This document shows, piece after piece, positions 44,043 to 52,809 of a stretch of DNA of 53,421 nt. Numbering within the stretch: position 1 is the stretch's first letter; each line of letters opens with the position of its first letter. This DNA comes from an uncultured Planctomycetia bacterium. GTDB lineage: Bacteria; Omnitrophota; Gorgyraeia; 1-14-0-20-64-10. The position numbers were made by a program, and so were the translations under genes. The DNA lies in the NCBI GenBank assembly GCA_964373055.1, contig CAYJTM010000002.1, positions 1-53,421 on the forward strand, written 5' to 3'. Under the pieces are notes generated by a model. The model made no database searches, was not told the DNA's origin, and was given only the letters and a program-made list of their open reading frames with translations.

Positions 44043-46461
44043 GCAGGTCCTGCAGGTTGAAGATCTGCTCGTTTAAGACCTGGGTCAGTTTCTTCGGGAT
44101 GAACTTGCTCTGAGGGTTCTTCCAGGTGCCGGAGAGCTGCACCTCCCCCACGAAGTAGCTCGCTCCCTTGGCGATCGCTTTGCCCAGTGGGATCCGGCCC
44201 CGCTCCGGGAGCAGCTCCGGCGCGAAGGTCGGTAAGATCTTGAGCTGGATGGGGCTCTCGGCTCCGTTCAGGAAACCCACCCATCCGGAGATGGTCAGCG
44301 TCGCCTGCGGGGCCCGCAGCACCAGGGAATCGGTCTCCACCCGGCCCTCCTTTACGCGGAACGGCCCCTTTGCCTCCTGGAACCGGATGGTCCGCAGCGT
44401 CGGCAGGCCGAGGAACTCCGCGAATCTCCCCATCAGCGGCAGCTCCAGGATCTGGGCGCCGGCCACGTCGAGGTTCCCCGGCCCCGCGAAACTTTTCAGG
44501 TCGCCCCAAGCCCCTTCGCCGGTCCAGTCCGCCTGCAGCTGGCCTGAGAGGGCCTCCTGGGTTTTCCATTTCAGCGCGCGCGCTAATTCGTCGAGCTGGA
44601 CCGCCTCGGCATCCAGGCGGGCCCGCCATCGGGCCGGCGCCTGGGTGCGATCCAGGGACCCCGTGGCGGAGAGCGTCCCGCCCGCCAGCTCCGCCTGGGC
44701 GGAATGGAGGGTGAGCACTCCCTCTGTCTGCCGCAGGTGGAATGAGCTTTTTTGAAAGGGGATGCCCTGGATCTCAAGAGCGTTGGAGGAAACGTGCAGG
44801 TCCAGGTCCATACCGGCCGGGCGGTTCAGAGGTCCCTGCAGGAGCCACCGGAGGGAAATATCTCCCGTGGCCGGATGTATCCTCAGCCAGTCTTGCGCGG
44901 CCGGCCAGATGGGCCCCAACTCTTCCATTTGGAACGCCGCTTCGCCGTAAAGATTGGCCTCCGGTTCGGGGCGGGCGATTTCCCCGAAAAGGCGGAAGGA
45001 CCCTTGGCCGAAACGCCCGGTGAGCGCTTCCACGGAGATCTTCTCCGACGTCATGGAAATCTGCGCCTCCCCATCCAGATTCCCCCAGGAAAAGGAGGCG
45101 TTGACCTCCGGCTGTTCCCAATGGGCCAGCGTCCCCTCCAGATGGAACGGCTGTTCCAGCGCGCTGCCGTTGATCCCGGTGAAGGTGACCAGCTCCGGCT
45201 GCCAGCGCACCTGGCCGCTCTGGATCTCCAGGCGGGGGGCCCGCTCCGGCTGGAGCACAAGCTTCTCCAGGCGGGCGATCGCGGTGGGGCGGAGCGTGAA
45301 TTGGGGCAGCAGCGTCCCGTTGCCGATCGCCTCCAGCGAAATCCGGCCGGAGGAGAGGTTCATCCTTTTCAAGAGCCCCGCCCATTTCGGCGGGAGCGGC
45401 GGCGGCTGCTCCACTGGGAAAACGGCGGCGGCCCGGAAACCGAAGCTGCGGCTCTCGTCGTTGGTCAGGGCCCCGCTCAGCTCCACCGGGATGCCGTTGG
45501 ACAGCTTCAGCGTGAGACGCTCGGCGCGCGCTCCCCCCGCGTCAAACAGGACTTCGCCGGCCAAGTCCCGCAGCTCCCCCAGGCGCGGCACGGAAGTCAT
45601 CCGCAGCCCTTCAAGCTGCAGGGACCCTTTCAGGGATTTCAGGAGGTCCTCTTTCCGGAGAGGAGCGGCCCGGGTCCCAAACCGGCCGGACAAATCCCCG
45701 CTCCCTTCGATTTTTAAAATTTTCCACTGCAGGTCCTTCGTCCGGGCTTCACCGTGGATTTCCAATAGGCCCTGAGAATTCCTGGAAACCTCCCATTCCA
45801 TGGAAACTAATCCACCCAACTGTTCAACGGGGTTTCCGGCCGTTGCGTCGGCGCGCACCTGCGCTGTCAGGGTGCCCCGGATTTGGGCCGGCAGCGAGAG
45901 GTGCAGGTCGGCGTCCAGCTTTTCGACGCGGACGGCGGGCAGGCTGGCAGGACGCACAACCCGAAGCTCGCAGGTTCCCTCCGTCACCCGGATCTTCGGG
46001 ATGCTCACCCGGAAACGGGCCCCGGCCGAGGGGGCTGCCGCTCCTTGGGAGGATAGCGACTGGAAATTCCAGCGCTCCTGGGCATCCTGCAGGAGGCGGA
46101 TCTTCGGCCGAACCAGGTGCAGCACCGGGATCAGCAGTTCCCGCCTGCCCAGCAGCGGGAGGAACAGCACGCCGCCGGAGATCTGGTCCGCCTCGAGGAA
46201 GAGAGCGGTTCCGAAGGCGGGGTCCTCCTCGACGGAGACCCGCTCCAGAAGGAAACCCCGCCAGAGGCTCAGCCGGACCGCCCCAATTGAGACCTTCCGC
46301 CCGACCGCCCGCGTGGCGGACTCCTCCGCCCACGCGCGGGCCTTCGCCGGCAGCACGGTCCGGTTCAGGACCTCCAGCCCGAGGATTCCCGCGGCGAGGA
46401 GAGCGACGAACAGAATGAGGACTGTACGGATGCGGCGCATCACGTCCATTATACGGTACAA
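44026..46461 (-). CDS. AsmA/TamB-like large membrane-anchored protein
   Basis: N-terminal TM anchor followed by about 780 aa of beta-rich repeats. The N-terminus VLPAKARAWAEESATRAVGRKVSIGAVRLSLW is AsmA-like. Confidence 0.7.
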   Translation of the reverse strand: MYRIMDVMRRIRTVLILFVALLAAGILGLEVLNRTVLPAKARAWAEESATRAVGRKVSIGAVRLSLWRGFLLERVSVEEDPAFGTALFLEADQISGGVLFLPLLGRRELLIPVLHLVRPKIRLLQDAQERWNFQSLSSQGAAAPSAGARFRVSIPKIRVTEGTCELRVVRPASLPAVRVEKLDADLHLSLPAQIRGTLTAQVRADATAGNPVEQLGGLVSMEWEVSRNSQGLLEIHGEARTKDLQWKILKIEGSGDLSGRFGTRAAPLRKEDLLKSLKGSLQLEGLRMTSVPRLGELRDLAGEVLFDAGGARAERLTLKLSNGIPVELSGALTNDESRSFGFRAAAVFPVEQPPPLPPKWAGLLKRMNLSSGRISLEAIGNGTLLPQFTLRPTAIARLEKLVLQPERAPRLEIQSGQVRWQPELVTFTGINGSALEQPFHLEGTLAHWEQPEVNASFSWGNLDGEAQISMTSEKISVEALTGRFGQGSFRLFGEIARPEPEANLYGEAAFQMEELGPIWPAAQDWLRIHPATGDISLRWLLQGPLNRPAGMDLDLHVSSNALEIQGIPFQKSSFHLRQTEGVLTLHSAQAELAGGTLSATGSLDRTQAPARWRARLDAEAVQLDELARALKWKTQEALSGQLQADWTGEGAWGDLKSFAGPGNLDVAGAQILELPLMGRFAEFLGLPTLRTIRFQEAKGPFRVKEGRVETDSLVLRAPQATLTISGWVGFLNGAESPIQLKILPTFAPELLPERGRIPLGKAIAKGASYFVGEVQLSGTWKNPQSKFIPKKLTQVLNEQIFNLQDLLSDLF

Positions 46462-46474
46462 TTATCCGTTGTCC

Positions 46475-46548
46475 CGGGGTGTGGCTCAGCTTGGTAGAGC
46501 GCTGCGTTTGGGACGCAGAGGTCGCAGGTTCAAATCCTGCCACCCCGA
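46475..46548 (+). tRNA. tRNA-Pro (anticodon TGG)
   Basis: CGGGGTG acceptor, anticodon stem CTGCG/CGCAG with loop TTTGGGA, T-arm GCAGG-TTCAAAT-CCTGC. Confidence 0.92.
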
Positions 46549-46561
46549 AAAATGGAGCTTC

Positions 46562-46635
46562 GCGCCTGTAGCTCAGTTGGATAGAGCAGCTCCCTTCTAA
46601 GGAGAAGGTCGGCCGTTCGACTCGGCCCAGGCGCG
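46562..46635 (+). tRNA. tRNA-Arg (anticodon TCT)
   Basis: GCGCCTG acceptor, D-arm GCTC-AGTTGGATA-GAGC, anticodon loop CTTCTAA, T-arm GGCCG-TTCGACT-CGGCC. Confidence 0.9.
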
Positions 46636-46644
46636 CTTAATCGG

Positions 46645-47700
46645 ATGATGAAGAGCAAACTCAAACTCCTTTGGTGGGTCCTCGGTTTCGGAGCCGTTCT
46701 CGGGATTTACCTGGTCGGGGTTTCCTCGTTGCGCGGGCAGATGGAGGCGCGGCTCAGCGCGGCCTGCAAGCGCACCGTCACGATCCAGTCCGCGCGGTTC
46801 GTGCTTCCGCCGGCGATCCGCCTGATCGGGCTGGAAGTCCCGGCCAGGCGAGGCGAGGACCGCTCCCCGATCAAGGTGGACGTGATCCAGGCGCGCCTCA
46901 TCGCGTCGGCCTGGGGGCAGGGACAGCCCGGCGGCGAGGTGGTGGTGGTCCATCCGCGGATCCACCTTGAGTGGACGCTGGAGGCCAGGGCCCTCTCGGA
47001 GATGGGAGGGACTCCCATCGTCGTCGTCCCTTCCGGGATCCCCGTCGCCCAGGCGAGCGTCCGCGACGGCGAGATCACCTACATCGACCGCCTGGCGGTC
47101 CCGAACGTTTTCTGGAACTTGCGGGACGTCTCGTTCGCCTTTCGGCCCGGGGTTCGCCCCGAGGAGCGGGAGTTCGCGCTGTCGGGCCGGCTGGAGGACA
47201 CTGAAGGGCAGCCGCTCGGAAGGGTGGAGACGCGCGGGACCGCTTTCCCGGAAGGCCCGGTGGACGCCGTCGTCAAGCTGTCTCATGGGGATATAGGCAA
47301 ACTGGCGCCTTACCTCCGGCGCGTCTTGGGCACGGCCCCCGTCCGTGGCGCGGTGGAGGTGGAGACCCGCCTGACCCTGTACGAGGGAACGCTGATGGCC
47401 CACAACGACGTGACGGCGACCGGCCTCTTTTTCTCGGATAGCCAGCCGACCACGCTGGGCCCGGACGGCAACCGGCTCGTGGAGCTGCTGAAGGACCGGG
47501 AAGGGAAGATCCACCTGAGCTTCATCGTGGCCCGCAAGCCGGGCGAGAAGGTGGACTGGTCGGACCTCGCGGCCGGGGCCATGCGGGAGGCGATGCGCCA
47601 GGCGATGACCCGCAGCATCCAGCAGGTCTTGAGCGACACCGAGCAGCAGAAACCGGTCGAGGAGCTCCTGCGCCGCAAGCTGGACACCTTGGATAGATAA
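46645..47700 (+). CDS. hypothetical membrane-anchored protein (DUF748/AsmA-like)
   Basis: N-terminal TM helix and a beta-rich body. The family call is from weak pattern memory only. Confidence 0.5.
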   Translation: MMKSKLKLLWWVLGFGAVLGIYLVGVSSLRGQMEARLSAACKRTVTIQSARFVLPPAIRLIGLEVPARRGEDRSPIKVDVIQARLIASAWGQGQPGGEVVVVHPRIHLEWTLEARALSEMGGTPIVVVPSGIPVAQASVRDGEITYIDRLAVPNVFWNLRDVSFAFRPGVRPEEREFALSGRLEDTEGQPLGRVETRGTAFPEGPVDAVVKLSHGDIGKLAPYLRRVLGTAPVRGAVEVETRLTLYEGTLMAHNDVTATGLFFSDSQPTTLGPDGNRLVELLKDREGKIHLSFIVARKPGEKVDWSDLAAGAMREAMRQAMTRSIQQVLSDTEQQKPVEELLRRKLDTLDR

Positions 47701-47736
47701 TCGCCACATTCTTCTGGTAAGATTCAGCGTTCCGAC

Positions 47737-47808
47737 GGTGGCTATGGTGTAATGGCAGCACAAGGGATTGTGGATCCCTCAGAGCGGGTTCGAATCCCGT
47801 TAGCCACC
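47737..47808 (+). tRNA. tRNA-His (anticodon GTG) with encoded G-1
   Basis: G-GTGGCTA acceptor, anticodon stem AGGGA/TCCCT with loop TTGTGGA, T-loop TTCGAAT. Confidence 0.9.
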
Positions 47809-47879
47809 CTTCTTTTTGGCTCACTTATAATTGCCAGCCGTTTATTTGTCGATAAGGTGGACTAAAATATGATATATTT

Positions 47880-47897
47880 ACATTGTACATACAATGT
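47880..47897 (+). promoter_or_regulatory. inverted repeat ACATTGT-ACAT-ACAATGT overlapping the brnT start codon (candidate operator)
   Basis: Perfect 7-bp arms inside an AT-rich leader. The ATG at 47894 lies within the right arm. Confidence 0.45.
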
Positions 47898-48187
47898 CAG
47901 AAATCAGGTTTGCCTGGGATGAAACCAAGAATAGGCTAAACAAGAGAAAGCACAAGATTTCTTTTGAAGAGGCCAAAACCGTCTTTTACGATGAGAATGC
48001 GATTGAATTTCCAGATCCGGATCATTCACAAGATGAAGACAGATTCCTTATGCTGGGTATGAGTTACCGGTTGAGAGTTCTTATGGTATGCCATTGTTTT
48101 AGAAAGAACGATTCGGTTATCAGGATTATTTCAGCTCGAAAAACAACTAAGCGGGAAATCGAGCGATACGAGGAGGGGAAAATATGA
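47894..48187 (+). CDS. brnT: BrnT-family ribonuclease toxin (DUF497)
   Basis: FAWDETKNRLNKRKHKISFEEAKTVFYD...RIISARKTTKRE. Confidence 0.9.
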   Translation: MSEIRFAWDETKNRLNKRKHKISFEEAKTVFYDENAIEFPDPDHSQDEDRFLMLGMSYRLRVLMVCHCFRKNDSVIRIISARKTTKREIERYEEGKI

Positions 48188-48396
48188 GAGCTGAGTACGA
48201 TTTGACCAAGCTTAAGGGGCGTCGTAATCCGTATGCCAAAGCGTTGAAGAAGCAGGTAACCATCCGGCTTGGAACGGACGTGATCGCTTATTTCAAGACC
48301 CTGGCGGATCAGATTGGTGTGCCTTATCAAAGCCTGATTAATCTCTATTTGCGTGATTGCGTGGAGCATCATCGCAGATTGACTTGGGCTGCTTGA
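48184..48396 (+). CDS. brnA: BrnA-family antitoxin
   Basis: 4-nt overlap with brnT. KKQVTIRLGTDVIAYFK...PYQSLINLYLRDC. Confidence 0.9.
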   Translation: MRAEYDLTKLKGRRNPYAKALKKQVTIRLGTDVIAYFKTLADQIGVPYQSLINLYLRDCVEHHRRLTWAA

Positions 48397-48495
48397 AGCA
48401 ATTTCCGGGTCAGGCGGCTAGCCTCAGACAGGTTCTAATGTCATCTAGCCAGCCGCCCCAATCTTTTCTCTCCTAAGGCCGCAACAGAGAGGCAC

Positions 48496-48530
48496 AAAGC
48501 CCCGGTTTGCTCCCTGAGCCGGGGCTTTTT
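48496..48530 (+). terminator. Rho-independent terminator candidate
   Basis: AAAGCCCCGG-12 nt loop-CCGGGGCTTT followed by a run of T residues. Confidence 0.7.
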
Positions 48531-48567
48531 CATTTAAAGAGGAGAGTGAACGATTATAATCGGACTT

Positions 48568-50073
48568 ATGGAAACCAAGGACTTGGCTTCGCTCGCGGCG
48601 GGCAGTATCGAGCTGCTGGAGGCGATCGCGGTGGACCGCGGGCTGCTGGCCGAGCTTCCGAATGACCTGAGGATCCGGCTGCTCACGGCGGCCGGGCAGG
48701 CCTCGAAGCCCGGGCGGGCGGACCAGCAGGTGCTGTGGAGCGCCCGGCGGCGCCGGCGGCAGAAGGAGCGCGGCGCGGCGCGCGCGGCCGATCAGTGCCT
48801 GCTGGACAAGACGGGGATCCGCCGCCAGCGGCTGCAGCTGGTCTACGCGACGCCTCTGCCCGGATCCGGCGTGTCGGCCTCCCTGCCGCCGCTTCAGACG
48901 GAAGAGGTCCCCGGGTCGGTCGAACTGCAGGAGCCCCTGGACTGCTACATCTGCAAACACCCCTACCGGCAGGTGCATTTCTTTTACGACTTGCTCTGCC
49001 CGGCCTGCGCGGAGTTCAACTGGAAGAAGCGCCTTCAAACGGCCGACCTTTCCGGGCGCGTCGCGCTGGTGACCGGGGCCCGCGTGAAGATCGGGTACCA
49101 GGCCGCCATCATGCTGCTGCGGGCCGGGGCGCGGGTGATCGCGCTGACCCGGTTCCCGAAGGACGCGGCGGCCCGCTACGCCAAGGAGCCGGATTTTGAG
49201 CAGTGGGGGGGGCGGCTGCAGGTGTATGGGCTCGACCTGCGCCACACGCCCAGCGTCGAGCTCTTCGCCGCCCATCTGAAGAGGGTGACCGACCGCCTCG
49301 ACTTCATCCTCAACAACGCCTGCCAGACCGTGCGCCGCCCGCCGGACTTCTACCGGCACCTCATCGAGGGGGAAACCGGCCCGCTGGAGGCTCTGCCTCC
49401 GGCCGCCCGCCGTGTGCTGGAGGAGCACGAGGTCTTGCGCAGCCGGAGCCCCCGGACGCATGAGGGGGTGCGGGATTCGGCGCAGCTCTCGCAGCTGCCC
49501 CTGCTGGACGGGGAGGGCAAGCGCGACAGCCAGCTCTTTCCCGCCGGCCAGTTGGACGCCGACCTGCAGCAGGTGGACTTGCGGAAGATCAACAGCTGGC
49601 GCCTGCCGCTGGCCGACGTATCGGCCACGGAGCTCCTCGAGGTGCACCTGGTGAACGCGGTGGCCCCCTTCGTCCTCAACGCGCGGCTAAAGCCCCTGAT
49701 GCTGAAGGTCCCGTCGCCGGACAAGCACATCGTCAATGTCTCGGCGATGGAGGGGCAGTTTTACCGCGCCTGCAAGACGGACAAGCACCCCCACACGAAC
49801 ATGGCCAAGGCGGCCCTCAACATGATGACGCGCACCTCGGCCGAGGATTACATCAAGGACGGCATCCACATGAACAGCGTGGATACCGGGTGGATCACCG
49901 ACGAGGACCCCATTGAGCTGGCGGATCGCAAGCGCGAGCAGCATGACTTTTACCCGCCGCTGGACTATGTCGACGCCGCGGCACGGATCTGCGACCCGAT
50001 CTTTTCCGGGTTCCTGACCGGCCAGCACGTGTGGGGGCAGTTCCTCAAGGATTACCGGCCGGCGCGGTGGTAG
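48568..50073 (+). CDS. SDR-family oxidoreductase with about 170-aa N-terminal extension containing CxxC...CxxC
   Basis: GRVALVTGARVKIGYQ (TGxxxxG) and the Y...K region YRACKTDK. N-terminal CYICKHPY...LCPACAEF. Confidence 0.85.
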   Translation: METKDLASLAAGSIELLEAIAVDRGLLAELPNDLRIRLLTAAGQASKPGRADQQVLWSARRRRRQKERGAARAADQCLLDKTGIRRQRLQLVYATPLPGSGVSASLPPLQTEEVPGSVELQEPLDCYICKHPYRQVHFFYDLLCPACAEFNWKKRLQTADLSGRVALVTGARVKIGYQAAIMLLRAGARVIALTRFPKDAAARYAKEPDFEQWGGRLQVYGLDLRHTPSVELFAAHLKRVTDRLDFILNNACQTVRRPPDFYRHLIEGETGPLEALPPAARRVLEEHEVLRSRSPRTHEGVRDSAQLSQLPLLDGEGKRDSQLFPAGQLDADLQQVDLRKINSWRLPLADVSATELLEVHLVNAVAPFVLNARLKPLMLKVPSPDKHIVNVSAMEGQFYRACKTDKHPHTNMAKAALNMMTRTSAEDYIKDGIHMNSVDTGWITDEDPIELADRKREQHDFYPPLDYVDAAARICDPIFSGFLTGQHVWGQFLKDYRPARW

Positions 50074-50176
50074 GGTGTTACTCGAGAAAATTCAGTAAGT
50101 AGTAATAAAATCTAAATGTTATATTGACAGCCGCCCCTGTTTCCAGCCATACTTGATGTATAACCCCTGAGATGAG

Positions 50177-51547
50177 ATGAGAAAAACTTTACCCAGAATC
50201 CTGGCCCTTTTCCTAAGCATTGGCCTCGCTTTGCCCAGCCCCGCCTTCGGCTTGCGGAACCTGGAAATTGGGCAGAATGCCGCCGGCTTGGAAGCCCTGG
50301 AAACCCAGTTGAAGGAGGGGCAGCCGAGCCCCATCGCCGCCGGGGTGGAGGCCGACAAGCCGGACGATAAGGCAAAGCCCGCTCCTGAGGATAAGGGCAA
50401 ACCCGCTGCCGGCGACAAGAGCAAACCTGCTGCCGGGATGTCCGGCCGCCGGAAGTTCCTCTGGACGGTGCTCCTCGGCGGAGTGGGGACTGCGCTGCTG
50501 ATGAAAGTCATGGGATGGGGGCCTTTCGCTCCTGTGCCGGAGCCGGCGGGCCAGGACTTGAGGGTGCGGGAGAACCGCGTTGTGAGCATCACTCCGACCC
50601 GCATCGAACTGGAACTGCTGCTGACCGCCCGACTCGCGGCCATGGTGGCGAACGAGCATCTGGTCGCAGTGCCTTTTACGCGGGCGGAGGGTGGCACGTG
50701 GGGAATCCGGCTTCCTCGGGAAGGAGATAACGCGAATGGATTCCCGGTGCGCGTGAGCCGGTCTGGGGGCGGGTTAGTGACGGTGAGCACGGAGGCCGGG
50801 AATCCGTTTCAGGGATCCAACGCCGCCGGGCAAAGGGTAAACGGAAGGGCGGTCATGCTGGTGGACCGCGCCGTGTTTGACGCCTTCATGAATCTCTATG
50901 AGCTTGGGCAGGGGCGGCGCCCGCCGATGGGGGCCTGGATGGCGGCGGAGGTATCGGGAGAGGTGATCCTCATCCAGGAGGATGGCCGTGTCCAAACGCT
51001 CCATCAGCTTCCGGACGTGCCGACACGGCAGGACGCCGGGTTGGAGCAGGAGGTGAGGTGGCTGGCGGAGGGGATCGGGATCCGCAGGGTGGGGGAGAAG
51101 GAAGAGCTGGTCATCGCCAATTCCCTGCTGGAATCGGCCCACCCGGAGCAGGCAGGCGTGAAGGTGGTCGCCCAGGCCAGCGTTTCCGTGGATGCCTTGA
51201 TGCTGTTCGATCCGCCGGGACACTACGTGGGCCGGCTGCCGGAGAGTTCGGAGGAGGTCCGCCGGGAAGTGCAGCGGATCCTGGAACAGGAAGGAGCGGA
51301 GTTCGTTGTGGCTCTGGACGATTCTTCAATCCCGGCCGGGCGCATGGCGGGATATCTCCCCTCGGAGCATCCCTTCACCGTTCTGCTTGAACGCGGGGAG
51401 TGGATACACTACAGGGGGATTGTCCAGGCGATCTTGCGGGTGCCTGTGGCCGCGCTCCGGAACCGGATCATGCAGTTTACCCAGGGCTCCGCACGCGCCG
51501 TGATGATCGATAACCAGGGGTTCGTGGCTCTCGACATCTCCGCGTAA
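50177..51547 (+). CDS. hypothetical secreted or membrane protein with Lys/Pro/Ala-rich low-complexity linker
   Basis: Signal peptide, a KPxxxDK repeat linker, and an internal RRKFLWTVLLGGVGTALLM segment. No family recognised. Confidence 0.6.
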   Translation: MRKTLPRILALFLSIGLALPSPAFGLRNLEIGQNAAGLEALETQLKEGQPSPIAAGVEADKPDDKAKPAPEDKGKPAAGDKSKPAAGMSGRRKFLWTVLLGGVGTALLMKVMGWGPFAPVPEPAGQDLRVRENRVVSITPTRIELELLLTARLAAMVANEHLVAVPFTRAEGGTWGIRLPREGDNANGFPVRVSRSGGGLVTVSTEAGNPFQGSNAAGQRVNGRAVMLVDRAVFDAFMNLYELGQGRRPPMGAWMAAEVSGEVILIQEDGRVQTLHQLPDVPTRQDAGLEQEVRWLAEGIGIRRVGEKEELVIANSLLESAHPEQAGVKVVAQASVSVDALMLFDPPGHYVGRLPESSEEVRREVQRILEQEGAEFVVALDDSSIPAGRMAGYLPSEHPFTVLLERGEWIHYRGIVQAILRVPVAALRNRIMQFTQGSARAVMIDNQGFVALDISA

Positions 51548-51570
51548 GGCGGGGTATCATAGACGCCGAT

Positions 51571-52701
51571 ATGAATCGGCGTCTTCTTTTCGCCTTCTTC
51601 TCTATCGCCCTCGCGAGTGCCGGGTGCGGCAAGAGCGAACCGGTTATCAAGATCGGGTTCGTCGCCCCGCTGACCGGCGACCAGGCGGCCCACGGCAACG
51701 ACATGCTGCAAGGGGCCCAGCTGGCGCTGGATGAGGCGCGGGCCGCCGGCGAGATCCTTCCCGGCTTCAAGGTGGAGCTGGCCCCGTTGGACGACAACCG
51801 CAGCCCGGCGCAGGCGGTCTCCGCGGCGAAGCGGTTGGCGGCCGACGCGGACGTGCTGGCGGTGGTGGGCCACCTGAACTCCAGCTGCACCAAGCCGGCC
51901 TCCGCGATTTACCACGAAGCCCGGCTTCTCCACATCTGTCCGGTCTCCTCCAACCCCGAGATCTCCCGCCAAGGATTCGACACCTTCTACCGGATCTGCC
52001 CGACGGATGATTTGCAGGGGCCGGCCGGCGCCCGCTACGCGGTCCAGAGGATGGGGGCCAAAAGGATCTTCGTGCTGGACGACATGACCACCTACGGGCG
52101 GGGGCTGGCAAACGAATTTGTGCCGGCCGCGAAGAGCCTGGGCGCGGAGATCCTGGGGCATGAAGGGATCACGCAGGGGGAGAAGGACTTCACGCCGGTC
52201 CTGACCAAGATCAAGGGTCTTGAACCGGACCTCATCTACTTCGCCGGGATGTTCCCCGAAGCGGCGCTGCTGCTCAAGCAGAGGATGAAGCTTGGGCTGC
52301 CTGCCAAGTTCCTGGGCGGCGACGGCCTGTTCGAGCCGGCCCTGATCGAGTTGGCGACGCCGGAGGCGGCGGAGGGGATGTCTCTCACCACCCTCGGCGG
52401 AGACATCCGAAGTTTGCCGACGGCGCAGACCTTCGTACAGGCCTTCGAGCATAAGCACGGCCACCTGGGGGCTTACTCCTGGTACGCATACGAGTCCACC
52501 CAAATCGCGCTCGAAGCGATCCGCCGCGCCGGCAAGAAAAACCGGGCCGCGGTCCTTGCCGCCATGAAGGGGATGGGCGGCTACTCCGGCATCCTCGGCC
52601 ACCACACCTTTGATTCGAAGGGGGACACCAACCTGCGCACGATCGGCATCTACACAGTCCGGAACGGGAAATTCGAATTCGTCGAAACAGCGAACCCGTA
52701 A
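51571..52701 (+). CDS. livK: branched-chain amino acid ABC transporter substrate-binding lipoprotein
   Basis: Lipobox LASAGC. IKIGFVAPLTGDQAAHG is typical of type I PBPs of the LIV family. Confidence 0.9.
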   Translation: MNRRLLFAFFSIALASAGCGKSEPVIKIGFVAPLTGDQAAHGNDMLQGAQLALDEARAAGEILPGFKVELAPLDDNRSPAQAVSAAKRLAADADVLAVVGHLNSSCTKPASAIYHEARLLHICPVSSNPEISRQGFDTFYRICPTDDLQGPAGARYAVQRMGAKRIFVLDDMTTYGRGLANEFVPAAKSLGAEILGHEGITQGEKDFTPVLTKIKGLEPDLIYFAGMFPEAALLLKQRMKLGLPAKFLGGDGLFEPALIELATPEAAEGMSLTTLGGDIRSLPTAQTFVQAFEHKHGHLGAYSWYAYESTQIALEAIRRAGKKNRAAVLAAMKGMGGYSGILGHHTFDSKGDTNLRTIGIYTVRNGKFEFVETANP

Positions 52702-52705
52702 AAAT

Positions 52706-52809
52706 GTCATTGCGAGCAAAGCGAAGCAATCTCGATCTTAAAACGAGATTGCCACGGCTCTTCGGGCCTCGCAAGAGATTGCTTCGTCGCTGACGCTCCT
52801 CGCAATGAC
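52706..52809. repeat. nested palindromic intergenic repeat, copy F (composite)
   Basis: GTCATTGCGAG-CAAAG-CGAAGCAATCTCG-ATCTTAAAA-CGAGATTGC-...-GAGATTGCTTCG-...-CTCGCAATGAC. Confidence 0.9.

Noticed and set aside
46457-46462. TACAAT as a -10 element for the tRNA-Pro/tRNA-Arg pair.
   Set aside because: No acceptable -35 element, and the region also contains the divergent AsmA-like start. There is not enough evidence to annotate it.
48397-48470. Imperfect inverted repeat GGCGGCTAGCC...CTAGCCAGCCGCC after brnA, and its weak similarity (TAGCCA.CC) to the tRNA-His 3' end as a possible att site.
   Set aside because: The shared string is too short and interrupted to distinguish from chance without a whole-genome comparison.
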